64,000 nt of DNA, taken from the NCBI RefSeq assembly GCF_963921235.1, contig NC_086108.1, forward strand, positions 95,916,001 to 95,980,000. The letters are read 5' to 3'. Below are positions 63,153-64,000 of this stretch, piece by piece. Origin of the DNA: Mobula hypostoma. Its lineage: Eukaryota. Numbering within the stretch: position 1 is the stretch's first letter; each line of letters starts with the position of its first letter. Below the pieces are notes generated by a model. That model did no database searches. It had not been told where the DNA came from and worked only from the letters and a program-made list of their open reading frames with translations. A program made the translations under genes and the position numbers.

Positions 63153-63855
63153 CCACACCAAACGGCAACAAGAACATCAAAACCACAAACCCCCAACCCT
63201 CTCCCCTGCATAAACAACAAATCACACCAAACGGCAACAAGAACATCAAACCACAAACCCCCAACCCTCTCCCCCGCATAAACAACAAATCACACCAAAC
63301 GGCAACAAGAACATCAAACCACAAACCCCCAACCCTCTCCCCCGCATAAACAACAAATCACACCAAACGGCAACAAGAACATCAAACCACAAACCCCCAA
63401 CCCTCTCCCCCGCATAAACAACAAATCACACCAAACGGCAACAAGAACATCAAACCACAAACCCCCAACCCTCTCCCCCGCATAAACAACAAATCACACC
63501 AAACGGCAACAAGAACATCAAACCACAAACCCCCAACCCTCTCCCCCGCATAAACAACAAATCACACCAAACGGCAACAAGAACATCAAACCACAAACCC
63601 CCAACCCTCTCCCCCGCATAAACAACAAATCACACCAAACGGCAACAAGAACATCAAACCACAAACCCCCAACCCTCTCCCCCGCATAAACAACAAATCA
63701 CACCAAACGGCAACAAGAACATCAAACCACAAACCCCCAACCCTCTCCCCCGCATAAACAACAAATCACACCAAACGGCAACAAGAACATCAAACCACAA
63801 ACCCCCAACCCTCTCCCCCGCATAAACAACAAATCACACCAAACGGCAACAAGAA
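63153..63855. repeat. 68-bp minisatellite, ~10.3 copies
   Basis: Unit aaatcacaccaaacggcaacaagaacatcaaaccacaaacccccaaccctctcccccgcataaacaac. ggcaacaaga recurs at 63164, 63233, 63301, 63369 and so on to 63845. The first unit has two small differences; the rest look identical. Confidence 0.97.
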
Positions 63856-64000
63856 AAAGGGTGAAACACAGAATGCAATAAAAAATAGACTGAATCAAAT
63901 CAATCTGAACAATTTGACAGTTCACAACCCAATTCATAACTTGCAGAACTTCAGAAACATTCAACAACAGCATCGAGGGAAAGAAAGAGACCACTTGAAC

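Noticed and set aside
63153..63855. CRISPR array
   Set aside because: The units are contiguous and identical with no unique spacers, there are no cas genes, and the context is eukaryotic.

Overview
Repeat-rich vertebrate genomic DNA. The repeat content (CR1/HER1-like LINEs, V-SINEs, a Deu-SINE, Penelope-derived repeats) suggests a cartilaginous fish; this is an inference. Two host genes lie in tandem on the minus strand. The first is the 3' part of a BET bromodomain gene, most likely BRDT: 8 coding exons reconstructed by hand between 54896 and 18368, with consistent splice phases, ending in the BET C-terminal motif MATTIDMNLQSDIMSTFEENLY*. The second, downstream, is the CpG-rich promoter and first coding exon of EPHX4 (6588-6346). 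Almost every long ORF in the supplied track is a retrotransposon fragment or its antisense shadow. Notable structures are a four-level nest (Rex-like 3' end > Tc1 > full-length L1 > CR1), a CR1-in-CR1 nest, a SINE > hAT > hAT-MITE nest, Penelope-derived repeats with degenerate hammerhead-ribozyme cores, a perfect 20-bp hairpin, three tandem uORFs upstream of EPHX4, and a homogeneous 68-bp minisatellite. I did not find convincing evidence of a wholly new biological system; the best leads are listed as findings with modest scores. All alignments were done by eye, family names come from recalled motifs rather than database searches, and repeat boundaries without a stated TSD are approximate.
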